A DNA stretch of 63,555 nt, filler included, from Octopus bimaculoides (taxonomy: Eukaryota), in assembly GCF_001194135.2 (NCBI RefSeq). It is 8 parts of 7 records of this genome, joined end to end, with 100 filler letters (N's around TTAATTAATTAA, not from the genome) between each part and the next. Parts side by side here need not be neighbours in the genome. Positions count along the whole stretch, not along the records: positions 3,239 to 28,646 come from NC_068981.1; 7 more parts are not named here. One strand, given 5' to 3'. Numbering within the stretch: position 1 is the stretch's first letter; each line of letters opens with the position of its first letter. Below the pieces are notes generated by a model. That model worked only from the letters and a program-made list of their open reading frames with translations. It made no database searches and was not told the origin of the DNA. Made by a program: the position numbers and the translations under genes. Below, piece after piece: positions 10,638 through 23,235 of the stretch.

Positions 10638-12393
10638 CCTGAGCGGATTATAGAAAAGCTAAGTGAAACGTGAAATAAAGATTCGTTATTTGATATCTTC
10701 TAGAGTAGATGTAAATAAATTATCTCATATACTATCTCCGATTTATTTAGTTAGATAAAAATTGGTATTACGAGGATTAAACGACGTGGAAAAAAGGAGG
10801 ATGACATGAGCTTAACACGTGTTTATATAGTGGAAAGAAGGCAAAGTTAACATATGTTGACATAATATAGGCGACTCAAGAAATTTTTTTGTTTTAAATT
10901 TCAAGAAGGGATTATTCCTCGGCGCCTTGAGTGAAGAAAAGCAATGAATAGTTGTGTATTTATGACGCATTAATGATTATAGAACATGGCTGTAAATGAT
11001 AATACCAAATCCAAGATGTCATCAAAGAATTAACAGCAATATAATCTCCAAATCTCTCACTGCCATACTAATATTTCCGACATGAACAAGAACATTAAGA
11101 AGGAACCTCTATACGGACGCTCGTGCTGCTAAAAATAGCAGTAAAAATTCTCTCATCAATCATTACCTTACGGCTGGAACGTCTTTGACAATAGGTTTAC
11201 TCATTCAGGTCAGACCTGGGGCTAAAAAGAAACCATCACTACACAACTACAAAATTTCTAAGTATAGAAATAATAATTTCTTCCATAAGAACGAGATATA
11301 AAATTTAGGGAAAAGGAGAATCGGTTAAATTACATCAATTCTTTCCAGTATTTATTTAGTTCATTATTATATCAGCTTTAGTACTTGGCTGGTATTTTAC
11401 AGAGCACAAAAAAAATGAAAGGCAAAATCTGAACACAGAAACAAAAGAGCAGTGAAAATATAGTTGTTTCGAACATAAAATACAAGACCTGAATTTTTGG
11501 TTTTTGCTAGAAAGAACAGTTGGTTATATCTATCCCGGTACTTGTTTGGTACTTTATTTTATCACCCCAAAAAGATGAAAGACAATCAGTAGGCAATAAA
11601 CTCAAAATGTAAAAACATCGAAAAAATACCACTTCAAGTCTTCTGCCAATGCATTATTCTAAAATAAATAAAATTTCTGTCATGGACACAAGACAAGAAA
11701 CGCTTTTGGGAGAGGGATTAACTTGTTAAATCGACTTAAGTAGGTGAATAGTTTATCTACTACAATGAATAACCTCTTCTAGAAATTTGAAAAATATAAG
11801 AAAAATCATTGAATAGCCTACTTTTTACTGTCATCATAGTTGACTTCGGCGGGATTTGAACGCTGCATGTAATGGGCTGTAACTAAATAGGGCAATGAAT
11901 TTTTTCCCCAAAACAGCTAGCGATACTGCTGCCAAGCTATGCACCTCAAGAAAGGGGAAGGTATTGGGTCAAACCATAAATAATGCGGTTTTGTAATATT
12001 CCTTTTATATTTCAAAATTAAGATAAAGTTCTTTTTTTAATCTAAAATATACTCTCCTTCATTTTCTACAGTGCTCTTCCATCTATCTGGTAGACTTGCA
12101 AGTCCCCCTCTTCCAAAATTCACTTGTCCGTGACGAAAAATACTCCCCCAGTACTGTTCAGACCTCGTCTACAGAATTCATATTTTTTCTGTCCAAATGA
12201 TTTTGAAGACTACGGGGAAAATGATAATCAGATAGGGCAATGTCCGGCGAATATGGTGGGTGGGGCATCGTTTCCTATTCAAACTGCTCCAGCCTTTGGA
12301 ATGTCATCCTCGTTGTATGTGGCCGAGTATTATATTTTTCTCTCTTTTTTTCACCTCTCTTCTTTTTCTTTATCGTCGCACTCTTCTTCTGGT

Positions 12394-13835
12394 CTAGATT
12401 ATTTTGGTTTTCATTATTATGGCCGCCACTAGCCAGGCAGCATCTACTTCCGGAGGAATATTTGTAATTTTTATTTTTGATGTTCTTCCCATATATATTG
12501 GAAAAAGAACCACCTCTTCGGTTCTCAAAGTCTCTGAAAAGTGCCGCCTGGCCACCTCCTCTGATGTGAACCTCACTTCGACCGTCCCAAAACGTTTTCG
12601 GATCTATTTTAAAACGGGGGCCACATTTTTCATTAATGTTTTACGTAGTGTTTTTGGTACGGAAAGACTTTCAAACTTCGTATACTTATCTATTTTGTGT
12701 TATAGAACAGAAAAATATTTTTGTATTCGAATTTATTTCATGTAAAAAATTGTCTTATTTCGATAATTTCAACCAATCACTGACAAGTATTCAGTTGTTT
12801 ACATTTACTCCCTCCTTTGGCTGATTAAGCAATGTAAAGCGTATTTAATCTCCATACCTTCGTTTTATTTGCTTTTTTTATTTTAAATTTGCTTAACCCT
12901 AACCGTAGGTTAGGGTTAATTGTTTCAGAATCGTTTGTTTATGTAGTCGGCACTAAATGTATATCGGCTGAATGGACGTCAGTGATTGGTTGAAATTACA
13001 GAAATACGACAACTTTAACATGGAATAACTTATTGATTTCTTTTTTTTTTTAAGAAGACTAAGAGAAAAAGATGTTTTATGACACATTCTACCAGTGTTC
13101 CAAGTTTCAAAGTGTTTCGTTAATGAAAAATGTGGCCCCGTTTTAAAAAAGATCCACGTTTTCCTCTTGTCATGTAAGTTATATCCGACCATATGAGCTT
13201 GAGGCATTTTTCAATAACTTTTTCTTCTGCTTTATGTATTCGTTTCTTCTCGACTTTGTAAGTTTTGTAGATTATTCTTTTCTTATTTACTTGTTCTATT
13301 GTTTCTGTTGGAGGGGCTACTTGTATTTCCGCCCCCTCCATTTTTAAACATAAGACATAAACTTTTTAAAATTATTTTTCTCTGTGTTAATTTGTCTCTC
13401 CTTCTTTCCTGCTACCTCAGCAAAGTTTAACTTTTTTGGCGACACCGCCGATGTTTTTTCTTCTTCACCTGTTACAAAAACAGGCATATCAATAACTAAG
13501 TTTTTGGGTGAGTCCATTGAACTCAATGGTGACTCCATGTTGTTTTTTAAATTTTTTATCAAAACGCAATTTACGGCAAAACGCCGAACACAGAAACAAA
13601 TTTTGGCTAACGTCCCACAGAATTGGCTCAATACCGCACAATTTCAACAATAATTCCCCCGCAGGAGTGGGGGATTGAAAACAAGCCACTTCAACGAAGC
13701 AATAAACAGTCCTTCAACAAAAACAGTCGCAAAACAACCTCAACTCACCGCAACAACAACACTTCAACAAATGACAAAGGAAGCACCGGCAAAATGTTCA
13801 TACGACAACAAACTTCCACTAAGAATAATTTGATT
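12394..13835 (-). mobile_element. 5' part (UTR + ORF1) of a Tx1-like retrotransposon nested in the mariner
   Basis: ATG at 13538 (MESPLSSMDSP...). After removing the MITE it reads YMTRGKRFGTVEVRFTSEEVARRHFSETLRTEEVVLFPIYMGRTSKIKITNIPPEVD, homologous to YLTRDRKFGTVEVRFTNKEIAQKHSVETLKTDDVALISTYMGIKTSRIKITRVPPEVD at 3547-3756. Confidence 0.75.
12600..13155. mobile_element. 556-bp MITE, GG...CC termini, 8-bp TSD (Merlin-like)
   Basis: TIRs 12600-12636 and 13120-13155 differ by one substitution and one indel. The TSD ACGTTTTC is exact at 12592-12599 and 13156-13163. Excision restores the host ORF1 frame. Confidence 0.85.
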
Positions 13836-14834
13836 TTTTATTGCCCACAAGGGGCCAACATAGATGGGACGACACAAAGGCATGTGGGGACATAACACAA
13901 AACTTAGAATAAAATTATAAAAATGATATGAAATGAAAAAATGGAAATGAGCTGCCTGCCCCACTGCAAGCAGCGTCATTTACTCCTCTGGAGTCCTTTC
14001 TTCACGTCGATTCCATATTTTTGCAGCAGAATCTCACATTCCCCTCCTACGTTTAGTTCATATAATTGAAAAAAGCGCATTATTTATGGGATGACCCAAT
14101 ATAAGTCGATTAAATCCAAGTACATCAGCCGATACCTTATTTTTATCGACCCGGATGTTAGCGACACATAATTGACCACAGGGTAATTTGAACTGAGAAC
14201 ATACAAAGCTGTAATTAAAGGCATTTTGTCCGACCTTCTAACGATTCTGCCAACTCCTTCCTCCGAGTAAAACAACAGCAACAACAAGAAAGGAATGAAA
14301 AAACTAAAACAAAAAACTAAATACAAATAAAAGAAATAAGTCTCGCGCACTATAATTCTCGTAATATTGAAATATTCATCTTGTTTATTTGCACCCCCCC
14401 CCCTTTCCTCACAGGATCTCAATAATAACAGCTGATATATAATTCATTGTTTCTAAATATTTAGCTGCAAGTCAAAAAGGATATCCAGAAAGCTCTGTGC
14501 TGTAATCACATAAATTCCATTGTAATTTTTAGTAACGGTTGAGAGCGATTTCATTTATTCTTTATATTCCTTTTTTAAGAATAAACTTTGTTATATTGAT
14601 TTTTGCCGAAGTTGCTATGAAGTCACTACTACTACTACTACTACTGCAACAAAAAATTGCCACTACTACTCGATTAACTCCAACCATATCTTACCATGTT
14701 AAAAAAAGAAGGATACACTCTGTAAAGGCAGGGCTGCCACGGTTGGAATTACCTTTGGTCATAGAACTGCTTGATTAGAGTTGGCCTGGGGTTAAACAAC
14801 ATCAGCAGCAATGTTGAATTTTGTCACATAGCCA

Positions 14835-15235
14835 GCAAGTTCGTAGGAGGGGGTAAGTCGATTACTTCGACCTCAGTGCTCAACTGGTACTTAATTTATT
14901 GCTCCCAAAAGATAAAAGGCAAAATCGATCTCGGCGGAATTTGAACTTAAAACATAAAGACAGACGAAATACCGCTAGGCATTTTGTCAGGCGTGCTAAC
15001 GATTTGGCTAGCTGGCCGCCTTACAGTTTTATAATAATAATCCTTTCTATTAAAGGCACATGGTCCGGAATTTTGGGGGAGGGGACTAGTCGATTATATC
15101 GACCCCAGTGTTTCACTGGTACTTAATCGACTCCGAAACGATGAAAGGCAAAAGCGACCTCGGCGGAATTGGAACTCAGAACGTAGCGACAGACGAAATA
15201 CCACTAAGAATTTTGCTCGGCGTGCTAACGATTCT
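14835..15235 (-). mobile_element. Two tandem SINE family A copies
   Basis: Two repeats of GTCGATT..ATCGACC.CAGTG..CAACTGGTACTTAAT...AAAGGCAAAA.CGA.CTCGGCGGAATT.GAAC. Confidence 0.8.
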
Positions 15236-15374
15236 TAATTTTTTATTATCCATAAGGACATAGAAGGGACAGCACAATGAAATCGAATGATTTTACATGA
15301 AATGCGATTGGGGTCCTTTTAAAAATTCTAATTACATTATATATAATACGGATGATGATAGGACACAATAAGAC

Positions 15375-16565
15375 ATCTATGTCTTCACCCTTATTGTTTA
15401 CAACTTTCTTCCAACGTTCAACAAGATTTTTAATACCTTGTTGGTAGAAATCACCCAATTTCGACTCGAAAAATTGATCCAACCAAGTTCTCAATTCTGC
15501 ATCAGTATTGAATGAAACTCCGCGCGTAGCATTTGACAGAGATCGAAAGAGGTGGAAATCCGTTGGTGCCAAATCAGGAGAGTATGGCGGGTGTGGCAGC
15601 ACTTCCCAGCCATGCGTTTGAATGGCTTCCCTGCCTTGGTCATATTGGCGATATGAGGGTGGGCGTTGTCGTGCAGCAGAAGAATACCATGCTGCCGATT
15701 AGGACTTTTCTCTTGAATAGCCGTGTTGAGTCGTTCCATCTGACCGTTTGGTGCCGTTCAAGCAATTCGTAATGGATAATCCTTACCCAGTCCCATCATA
15801 CACACAACATCGTTTTACGCGGATGAAGATCTTGTTTCACGCGCGGTGTCGCTTGTTTACCGGGGCTAAGCCATTCCTTACGCTGCTTCATATTGATGTA
15901 CAGGCACCATTTTTCGTCGCCAGTAACTATTCGGTAAAGAAATCGTTGTTTGTGTCCATGAGCTGAGCGATGACGAGAAAGCAAACCAGCGGAGATTGTG
16001 GTTCGTTGATTTTTGTTGTAACTTAAAGCATGCGGAACTCAAGCTCCATACTTTTGAACCTTTCCCATCGAGTGAAGATGCTTCTCTATAGCAGTGTGGG
16101 AGCATTCCATTTTCTCTGCCAGTTCCCTTGTCGTTTGGCGAGAATTTTCTTGCAAAAGTTGGTTTAATCGCTCTTTATCGAACTCAACTGGACGGCCAGA
16201 ACGAGGTGCATCTTTGAGGTCAAAATTTCCAATTTTGAACTTGGCATACCAATCACGAGCGGTTCTTTCAGCTATGGAACCCTTTCCATACACAGCACAA
16301 ATGTTGCGAGGAGCTTTTGCGGCCATAGAACCTTAATTAAAAGCAAAAAGAAGGAGGTGTCGAAAATGCTCGTTTTTCTTTACTTGACATTCTATTTTAA
16401 TGATCTGAAAATAAACAAAAATTAACTAAAATTAACTAGTAAAAAACAAAATAGATTCCAAAATGATTCAAAAATAGAATTCTTGAAAAACATAGATTCC
16501 AAAATTTAAAAACGCAATAAATACCAAAATTTAAAAAAACGGCGGGAACTTAGTTGCCAACCCAA
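15375..16565 (-). mobile_element. Mariner (DD34D) transposon, near full-length pseudogenised transposase, 3' TIR missing
   Basis: 5' TIR TTGGGTTGGCAACTAAGTTCCCGCCG has TA at 16566-67. Motifs include ERTARDWYAKF, DAPRSGRP, *VPHAL, IVTGDEKW, HDNAHPH and HPPYSPDLAPTDFHLF. The start codon is mutated, and stops and frameshifts are present. Confidence 0.9.
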
Positions 16566-16947
16566 TACATTCATATATTATATGCTTGAAAATTTCGTTT
16601 ACATTATCACATAACCGATACTCATCTTACTGGTTTTTTAAATATTTATTTTTGCTTAAATGAGCCTTGTCCTATTCCTCTATAGTTCTATTGCTGTGAT
16701 CAAACTTTCTGTTTGCTCCTGTAGACTTCCATCTCATTTTACGCTATCTCTTGTTTTTCTAGCTACCAAATCATATTCAACTTATTTGTTTTTCCGTCTC
16801 TCATCTTCTTCTTTATTGTTTCTATGTGCCACCATTGATTTTCCTGGATGCCCGTTCTAACATTCTTTTCCCGTGTTCCAGCATTACTTACTAGTCCTAT
16901 AATGTAAATAGTGAATAGATATTCCCAACCAAACAACTGAAGATAAC

Positions 16948-17093
16948 TGTCGCTTGTTTACCGGGGCTAAGCCATTCCTTACGCTGCTTCATATTGATGT
17001 ACAGGCACCATTTTTCGTCGCCAGTAACTATTCGGTAAAGAAATCGTTGTTTGTGTCCATGAGCTGAGCGATGACGAGAAAGCAAACCAGCGG
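16948..17093 (-). repeat. Exact 146-bp copy of mariner segment 15847-15992
   Basis: Base-for-base identical by eye; covers the IVTGDEKW region. Confidence 0.85.
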
Positions 17094-17739
17094 TGTTTCT
17101 TATTCGGAATGAAGTTAGGTCAGCAGACCCGAGTTCCCTTTCAATCAGATTTACTGATTAGTATTATTTACCTCTTCACGGACTCAAAAAAGAAATAGGG
17201 TCTAAGCTTGGTGTTTGTCCGTCTCTTAACCAAGCTGCGTTTCAAAGGTACTGGGCTCAGACCACTCACCCAGTAACATAGTCGATGTAGATGTAGACAA
17301 AGTTGTTCTCTCTTCTAGACATATGCTTTAACAAAAGCTAAAGTGTGTCTCCACACACCCGACACTAAGTCCCTGTGCTATCGCAAGATAGTCGTTGATC
17401 CAGTGTTAGACTCGTCCATACTTTTGCCATGTATTGATTTCATCCTGCTGGGTTTCTAGCGACCTTCTTCGCTTAGAAAGCGTAGTGTATGTGTGTGTGT
17501 GTGTGTGCGGGGTGGGGGAGCTTAGTCGCTGCTGACCCGTCCACGTAAGAGGTTGTACTGGACTTCATGCTACCAATAACAGTCGTAATTGACCTTATAT
17601 TTATAGAAGTGAGGAATAGGGGCCGAAACCGGACGTGGTTCCTCCTGATGATGTCTTTAACCACTGGATCCTATAAAGGACCTGTTGAGGTAGCAAACCA
17701 CGAAACGCGGTTGGAATTCCTCGTAAGCAACGTTAATAT

Positions 17740-17830
17740 ATTCTTCAGATGGTTATTGTCTCTTGTAATCAGTTTTAAGTCATCAATATGCAAAAGGTGC
17801 TTTGGAATTTGTGCGTAGTATTTCTAACGA
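17740..17830 (-). mobile_element. Non-LTR reverse-transcriptase motif fragment
   Basis: HLLHIDDLKLI resembles the HLLYMDDLKL catalytic motif of R2/R4/NeSL-type RTs; short and isolated. Confidence 0.4.
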
Positions 17831-19425
17831 TCGACAGTTTCTTTTACCGGATTTGGTATTGGATGCAAAACTTGTAGAGGAACTGAAGGGATAAATGGTT
17901 TCTTTTTTCTTAAACCAGTTATTATTCTTATAGGTGTAGAGGTGAATATTTTTAATCAGTAATACTATTGTTTATGGTGTGAGAAATACATCGTAAGTTT
18001 CTATAATTGGAAAATAAGCTAACCGTTGGATCTCGTTAATAAAAAAGTTCAAAATTAACCAATAAGGTGTGAAAGTAGTTTAGCAATATTTAGAGATAAA
18101 GGTTATACCATATTTTGCAACGTGCCTCTGTCATCGTACAGGTAATCTGTCGAAGTTTTAAGATATTGTGTTGGTGCATTATAGCAGCCGTACCGATTAC
18201 ATATAGGATCATGGAATATTTTCTGAACTACCACAATAATTTTCATTGAATGATCATGGAATATTTCCAGCTTCCTTCTAAACAATAACCATCTGGTATC
18301 ATTATGTTGGTCATCATTATATTATTTTAATTTTTGTCATGAAAATAGTGTACGGTTTATGAAATATGTGATCGTAGTCTCTCTCTCTCTCCCTTCATAA
18401 TCTTACAATATTTTCACATTGTCACTTTATATCATAAAGAGAGGTTCTTATGGGTACTGCATTACTTTTTCACGCGTAAGTGAAAACGTTTTGTAAGGTT
18501 TATGTTGAGCAGCTTCACTTTAATATTGTGTCTTCAATAACATAGTGGTTGAATGTGATGTTTCTTAGAAAATATTCCACACAAGCGATATTTGTCATTT
18601 ATAGTATGAGAATTATAGTTATTCCTTTGAATATGTTTAGTGGTGATTGCTTTCTTCGGTATGCTGAATATTATTGTTGCAGTTGCCTCTGAAATCTGGC
18701 TAGATTAGCTTGTTCAGGCTAGAATTAATTTCGGTAGCGAAAGATTTTTCAGAATAAATACTAACCAGTACTTTGTACAAAGCACACATTCTAAGAAGAC
18801 GGCAAAGGAAAGTCAAAAATTGCTATTTAATTTATATACTTATTATTCCTACAATAACTCACTTTTTCTACTCCACTGAATTTTTAGCATCGAGACCCCA
18901 ATATGCATGCGAGATACATTTATTTGCAAAAAACAAGTTAATTATGTTATTTGAAGTAACAAGTTAATTTACTTAACACAAGTTCAGTTAATGTAAACAT
19001 ATTTAATGCAGGAAACATCAAAAAGATCTTTGTAAAAAACAACAAAAAAAAAAAAGAAGTGAAGAGTAAATTATTCTCTGAATATTTCAAAAGTTTCTAA
19101 ACACTCACATATTACTTTATTACTTTGTTAATTATACAATTTTTTTTTTCGTTTCTTCGCAATTTATATTTTAGTGTAATTTCCCGAGTATTAATTTTTT
19201 GTGTATATACTTGCTGTGTTTGAAGTTCGTATGTTCAACTGTTTGTGCTTCTTCTCCATTATTGTATGAATTTACACTTGTGAAACATTGAAGCTTAAAT
19301 GATAAACGTTACTAAATTGTATGCATTGTTGTTACTGTTACTGTTAGTGTGATATTTTATCACTGAAATATTTCGATGATATTGATTTTTGAAAAGAACA
19401 GAGAAGGCATTCTCTTTCTTTCAGT

Positions 19426-19458
<33 letters not shown>

Positions 19459-19652
19459 ATCAGATGGGATTCAATACAATTTCGGTCTAACCAATTTCTG
19501 TTATAGCTCATGGGTCAACGCGAGACCATAATAAAATACACTCGCTCAAGATTTCACTCAGTAGCATCGAACCTTGGAGTTCGTGATTGAGAAGCGAGTC
19601 TCTTAGTCATTCGGCCACTCTGCGTATTGGAGTGTGTGTGTGTGTGTGAGAG

Positions 19653-19687
<35 letters not shown>

Positions 19688-20029
19688 TGTGTGTGAGTGA
19701 GTGAGTGTATGTTTGTGCAAACAGATGAGGTTAGTAACAAGAAAGGAAACCGGCTGTAGCAAATCTACCACAACAAATGCCTTCTGAGCTATGCGAGCAT
19801 CGAAAAGTAGATGTTAAATGATGATAATTATGGTGAAAATGATGACGATGATACATGTATATATAATACACACGCACACACACACACACACACTCACACA
19901 CACACACACACATCTAGTTCATTTATGCAAATTACCATAAGCTGTAATAGTTCACTATTCTCTTTGCAAGTCTAAATCTTATATCAGCTTGAGTAAAGGT
20001 AGGGCATTTACCCTAGTGATGAAACCTAT

Positions 20030-20210
20030 TCTTTTCTACTCTAGTGTACCTAGTGGCCCGAAATTTTTGGGGAGGGGGCCGCTCGATTAGATCGGCCCCA
20101 GTACGCAACTGGTATTTAATTTATCGACCCCGAAAGGATGAAAGGTAAAGTCGACCGCGGCGGAATTTGAACTCAGAACGTAAGAACAGACGAAATACCG
20201 CTAAGCTCGG
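20030..20210 (-). mobile_element. SINE family A
   Basis: ATCGACCCCGAAAGGATGAAAGG..AAGTCGACC..GGCGGAATTTGAACTCAGAACG. Confidence 0.8.
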
Positions 20211-21541
20211 CATAGTGATGAAAATTATCGAGGCAGAAATATGATCACAGCTGTCATCTTGCTTCCTGAAGAACAAAAACTAAAAAGATAAAAAAAACAA
20301 ACAAACAAACAAAAAACCAGGCTTTTCCTCAATGCATATCAATTCCAGGAAATTTTTGATTTTTCAGATTACCTCCCCTGCTCATTCGAACCTGATCACA
20401 ATAGCTACCAAGTATATGTCTACCGTCTCTCGAAGCGAAGATAGTTTCAATAAATCAAGACTTTATCTTGCATGGTGCTTGATATATCTCTCGTTGTTCA
20501 AATTCACGTCACAGGTCACAGTGTGATATTTGTCTTAGATCAATTTTGGGATGCACTACCGCCCACACGCTCACACATGTATCTGTATGAGTGTATGAGT
20601 GTTTATTTTCTCTCTGTATATCTTCCCTTACTCTTTCAATAGTGCTTCACCTTTCACAGAATTACAATTTAGTTATCATTACTCGTCATTCCTTTTGGAA
20701 AGGGCCTCGAGAAAAAAAAAACCCCTCTTGTTCATAAGCATTTACAGGCAGGGCGGGAATGATATAGCCGACGGAATGATATCATACAGGCAAGTGCTAA
20801 GTATTTAAGCCTGTAAGTATGTTTTGAAGTGTTGGTCGGTTAAAACTTAACACTCGGCTCTTTTGTACGTTGAGCATCCTGGCTTTTCCATTTCTTCTTT
20901 CGAGACTGATAAACCGACAGAAAATAAGAACCAGTAATACACTACTTCGATGAGATTGAGCAGAATCCTATTCCCAAATATTTGACTGTCTGCCAAGTGT
21001 TAGAAATCAATGCAAACTTAATCTTCAAACAGAAAGAAAGAGAAGTAGAGCGTTTAAACTTAGATTCGATTGAAACACAGAAACCCGAACACACAAACAC
21101 ACGGACACATCAGCACTTACAATATTATATACACACACATAAACGCGTAGACACACACACATACGCTCACTCCCCCTACACACATTTATATAGAAGCACA
21201 TAGATATAAACACACGTATTCCTTGTATTGTTGGTTAGCGGTTTGTCAATAACGTTGCATTAATACAGCCGTTTGTGTGGCTGGGTGAATAACCTCTCGT
21301 GGTCACAGTTCACACGTAACTATGCTTATGAGACTTGCTTTTCACACAGTACTATTTCAAAGTATTGACTTTAATATGATATTTCTAACATCGATTAGAT
21401 AAAGTTTCAAATAGAAATATTTATGTCCCGACAGTAAACTACGTGAAATAACTAAAGGAATTTTCTTTTTTTTTTCTCTATATTCTTAATGTATTTCCTA
21501 GTCAGAAGTATATATATAAAATATTTCTGATCTTCTTTCCA

Positions 21542-21570
21542 ATGTATGTATGTATATCTGTATATATCTG

Positions 21571-21609
<39 letters not shown>

Positions 21610-21660
21610 GTATGTATATGTATATGTATGTATATGTATATGTATGTATGTATGTATATG

Positions 21661-21692
<32 letters not shown>

Positions 21693-21696
21693 TATG

Positions 21697-21727
<31 letters not shown>

Positions 21728-21764
21728 GTATATATATGTGTATATGTATATATATGTATATATG

Positions 21765-21796
<32 letters not shown>

Positions 21797-21814
21797 TATA
21801 AATGTATGTATGTA

Positions 21815-21872
<58 letters not shown>
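21542..21872. repeat. (TA)n/(TATG)n compound microsatellite
   Basis: Direct. Similar CA/TA/GATA/GTAG tracts occur throughout, e.g. 23700-24200, 24670-25310, 30160-30270, 35110-35700, 42040-42260, 43470-43560, 49680-50060, 53080-53180. Confidence 0.95.
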
Positions 21873-21874
<2 letters not shown>

Positions 21875-21879
21875 ATCTT

Positions 21880-22160
21880 GCTTCAGTCGTTGGACTGTGG
21901 CCAAGCAGAGGCACCATCTTAAATAGTTTAGTCGGACAAATCGACCACAGTATCTATTTATTTTAGTCTGTCGCTCTCTTTTTGCCAGAACCCTAATTTT
22001 TAGGCACACAAACAAATTAATATCGGTTGTCAAGTGCTGTAGCGGCAGATATACGAATGTAAGGTCGTCCATTCTCACAGTTCTAATCTACCAAATTTAC
22101 TCGAATGGCATTGTTCGGCCAGGAGTTATAGTAAAAGAATTGCTCAATGTACCGCACAAT
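21880..22160 (-). mobile_element. SINE family B, decayed
   Basis: TTCAGTCGTTGGACTGTGGCCA..GAGGCACC...TTTAGTCGGACAAATCGACC...CGGTTGTCAAG...CTACCAAATTTACTCG. Confidence 0.6.
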
Positions 22161-22229
22161 GAAACTAAAATCAACACCTAGAGAAGGTTAATCGACTTTT
22201 TTAATGACATAACAAGGCCAGTATATAAT

Positions 22230-22598
22230 ATATTATTTAATAAACACAATATGAGTTTTTATATACAACTATTAGTCTCATGTGTTGAGAGCATGCCAGA
22301 CACAGTAGTTTTAACACGTCTGATGTCCTAGCTCAATGATCAGCCACTGCCCACATGGCATAACGAATTAAAAATGGGACGAAAGGATGATAGAAAAAGC
22401 GATAAAGAAGTAAATGTAAAAGGTGGAAGATTGAAAACCGGAAAACGAAGAAGAAAACAGTTCATTATGCCATGTAGACAGTACCTAATGATTGTGGTAT
22501 AACACCAGACATGTTCAAAAACACTCTCTGACATGCTCTTAACACATGAAACTAATAGTAGCACATAGAAATATATATTGTGTTTGTTGAATAATATT
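22230..22598. mobile_element. MITE-like element with ~90-bp imperfect terminal inverted repeats
   Basis: 22232-22322 is an imperfect reverse complement of 22506-22595. Confidence 0.6.
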
Positions 22599-22849
22599 TA
22601 TCTCTCACCAGATGGAATACTTTTTGTTGATCTTACCATCAAGGAACAGTACAACTTTTTTGTTTAATGAACATACTGTTAACGTCATAGCGAAAAGTAA
22701 AAAATGAACAAAAGAAACAATTTAAAGAAAGCAGTTTTGTTCCTCCGTAGGAAGAGGCTGTTGGATCAATCAGAAGAAGTGTGCTCATCTTCTTATCACA
22801 GAGAAATTAGGTGCTCATGGCTTTTTCTTGTGCATACATACTAGGACTT

Positions 22850-23235
22850 TGTGGCGGCGCAATGGCCCAGTGGTTAGGGCAGCGGACTCGCGGTCATAGG
22901 ATCGCGGCTTCGATTCCCAGACCGGGCGTTGTGGGTGTTTATGGGGCGAAAACACCTAAAGCTGCACGAGGCTCCGGCAGGGGATTGTGGCGAACCCTGC
23001 TGTACTCTTTCACCACAACTTTCTCTCACTCTTACTTCCTGTTTCTGTTGTGCCTGTAATACAAAGGGCCAGCCTTGTCACACTGTGTCACGCTGAATAT
23101 CCCCTACGTTAAGGGTACACGTGTCTGTGGAGTGCTCAGCCACTTGCACGTTAATTTCACGAGCAGGCTGTTCCGTTGATTGGATCAACTGGAACCCTCG
23201 ACGTCGGAAGCGATGGAGTGCCAACCACAACAACC
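22850..23235 (+). mobile_element. SINE family D (young, tRNA head GGCGCAATGGCCCAGTGGTTAGGGC)
   Basis: A box and B box (GCTTCGATTCCC), CAA-rich tail; near-identical copies at 53770-54100 and 58614-59000. Confidence 0.85.

Larger units (their letters stand above)
11964..14099 (-). mobile_element. Mariner element bounded by both TIRs, N-terminal transposase replaced by foreign DNA
   Basis: TIRs TTGGGTCAAACCATAAATAATGCG (11964-) and CGCATTATTTATGGGATGACCCAA (-14099) are each flanked by TA. The transposase C-terminus at 12037-12335 reads NTRPHT...ETMPHPPYSPDIALSDYHF...RWKSTVENEGEYILD*. Confidence 0.8.
11835..14260 (-). mobile_element. SINE family A host split by mariner insertion
   Basis: Joining the flanks gives AGGGGAAGG-TA-TAAGTCGATTAAATC, matching the GGGGAGGGGATAAGTCGATTAC motif of other family A copies (e.g. 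14845-14865, 60265-60290). Confidence 0.55.

Noticed and set aside
21452-22078. Long ORFs rich in YI/CV/HT repeats and all X-filled ORFs
   Set aside because: Translations of microsatellites or N gaps; no coding evidence.
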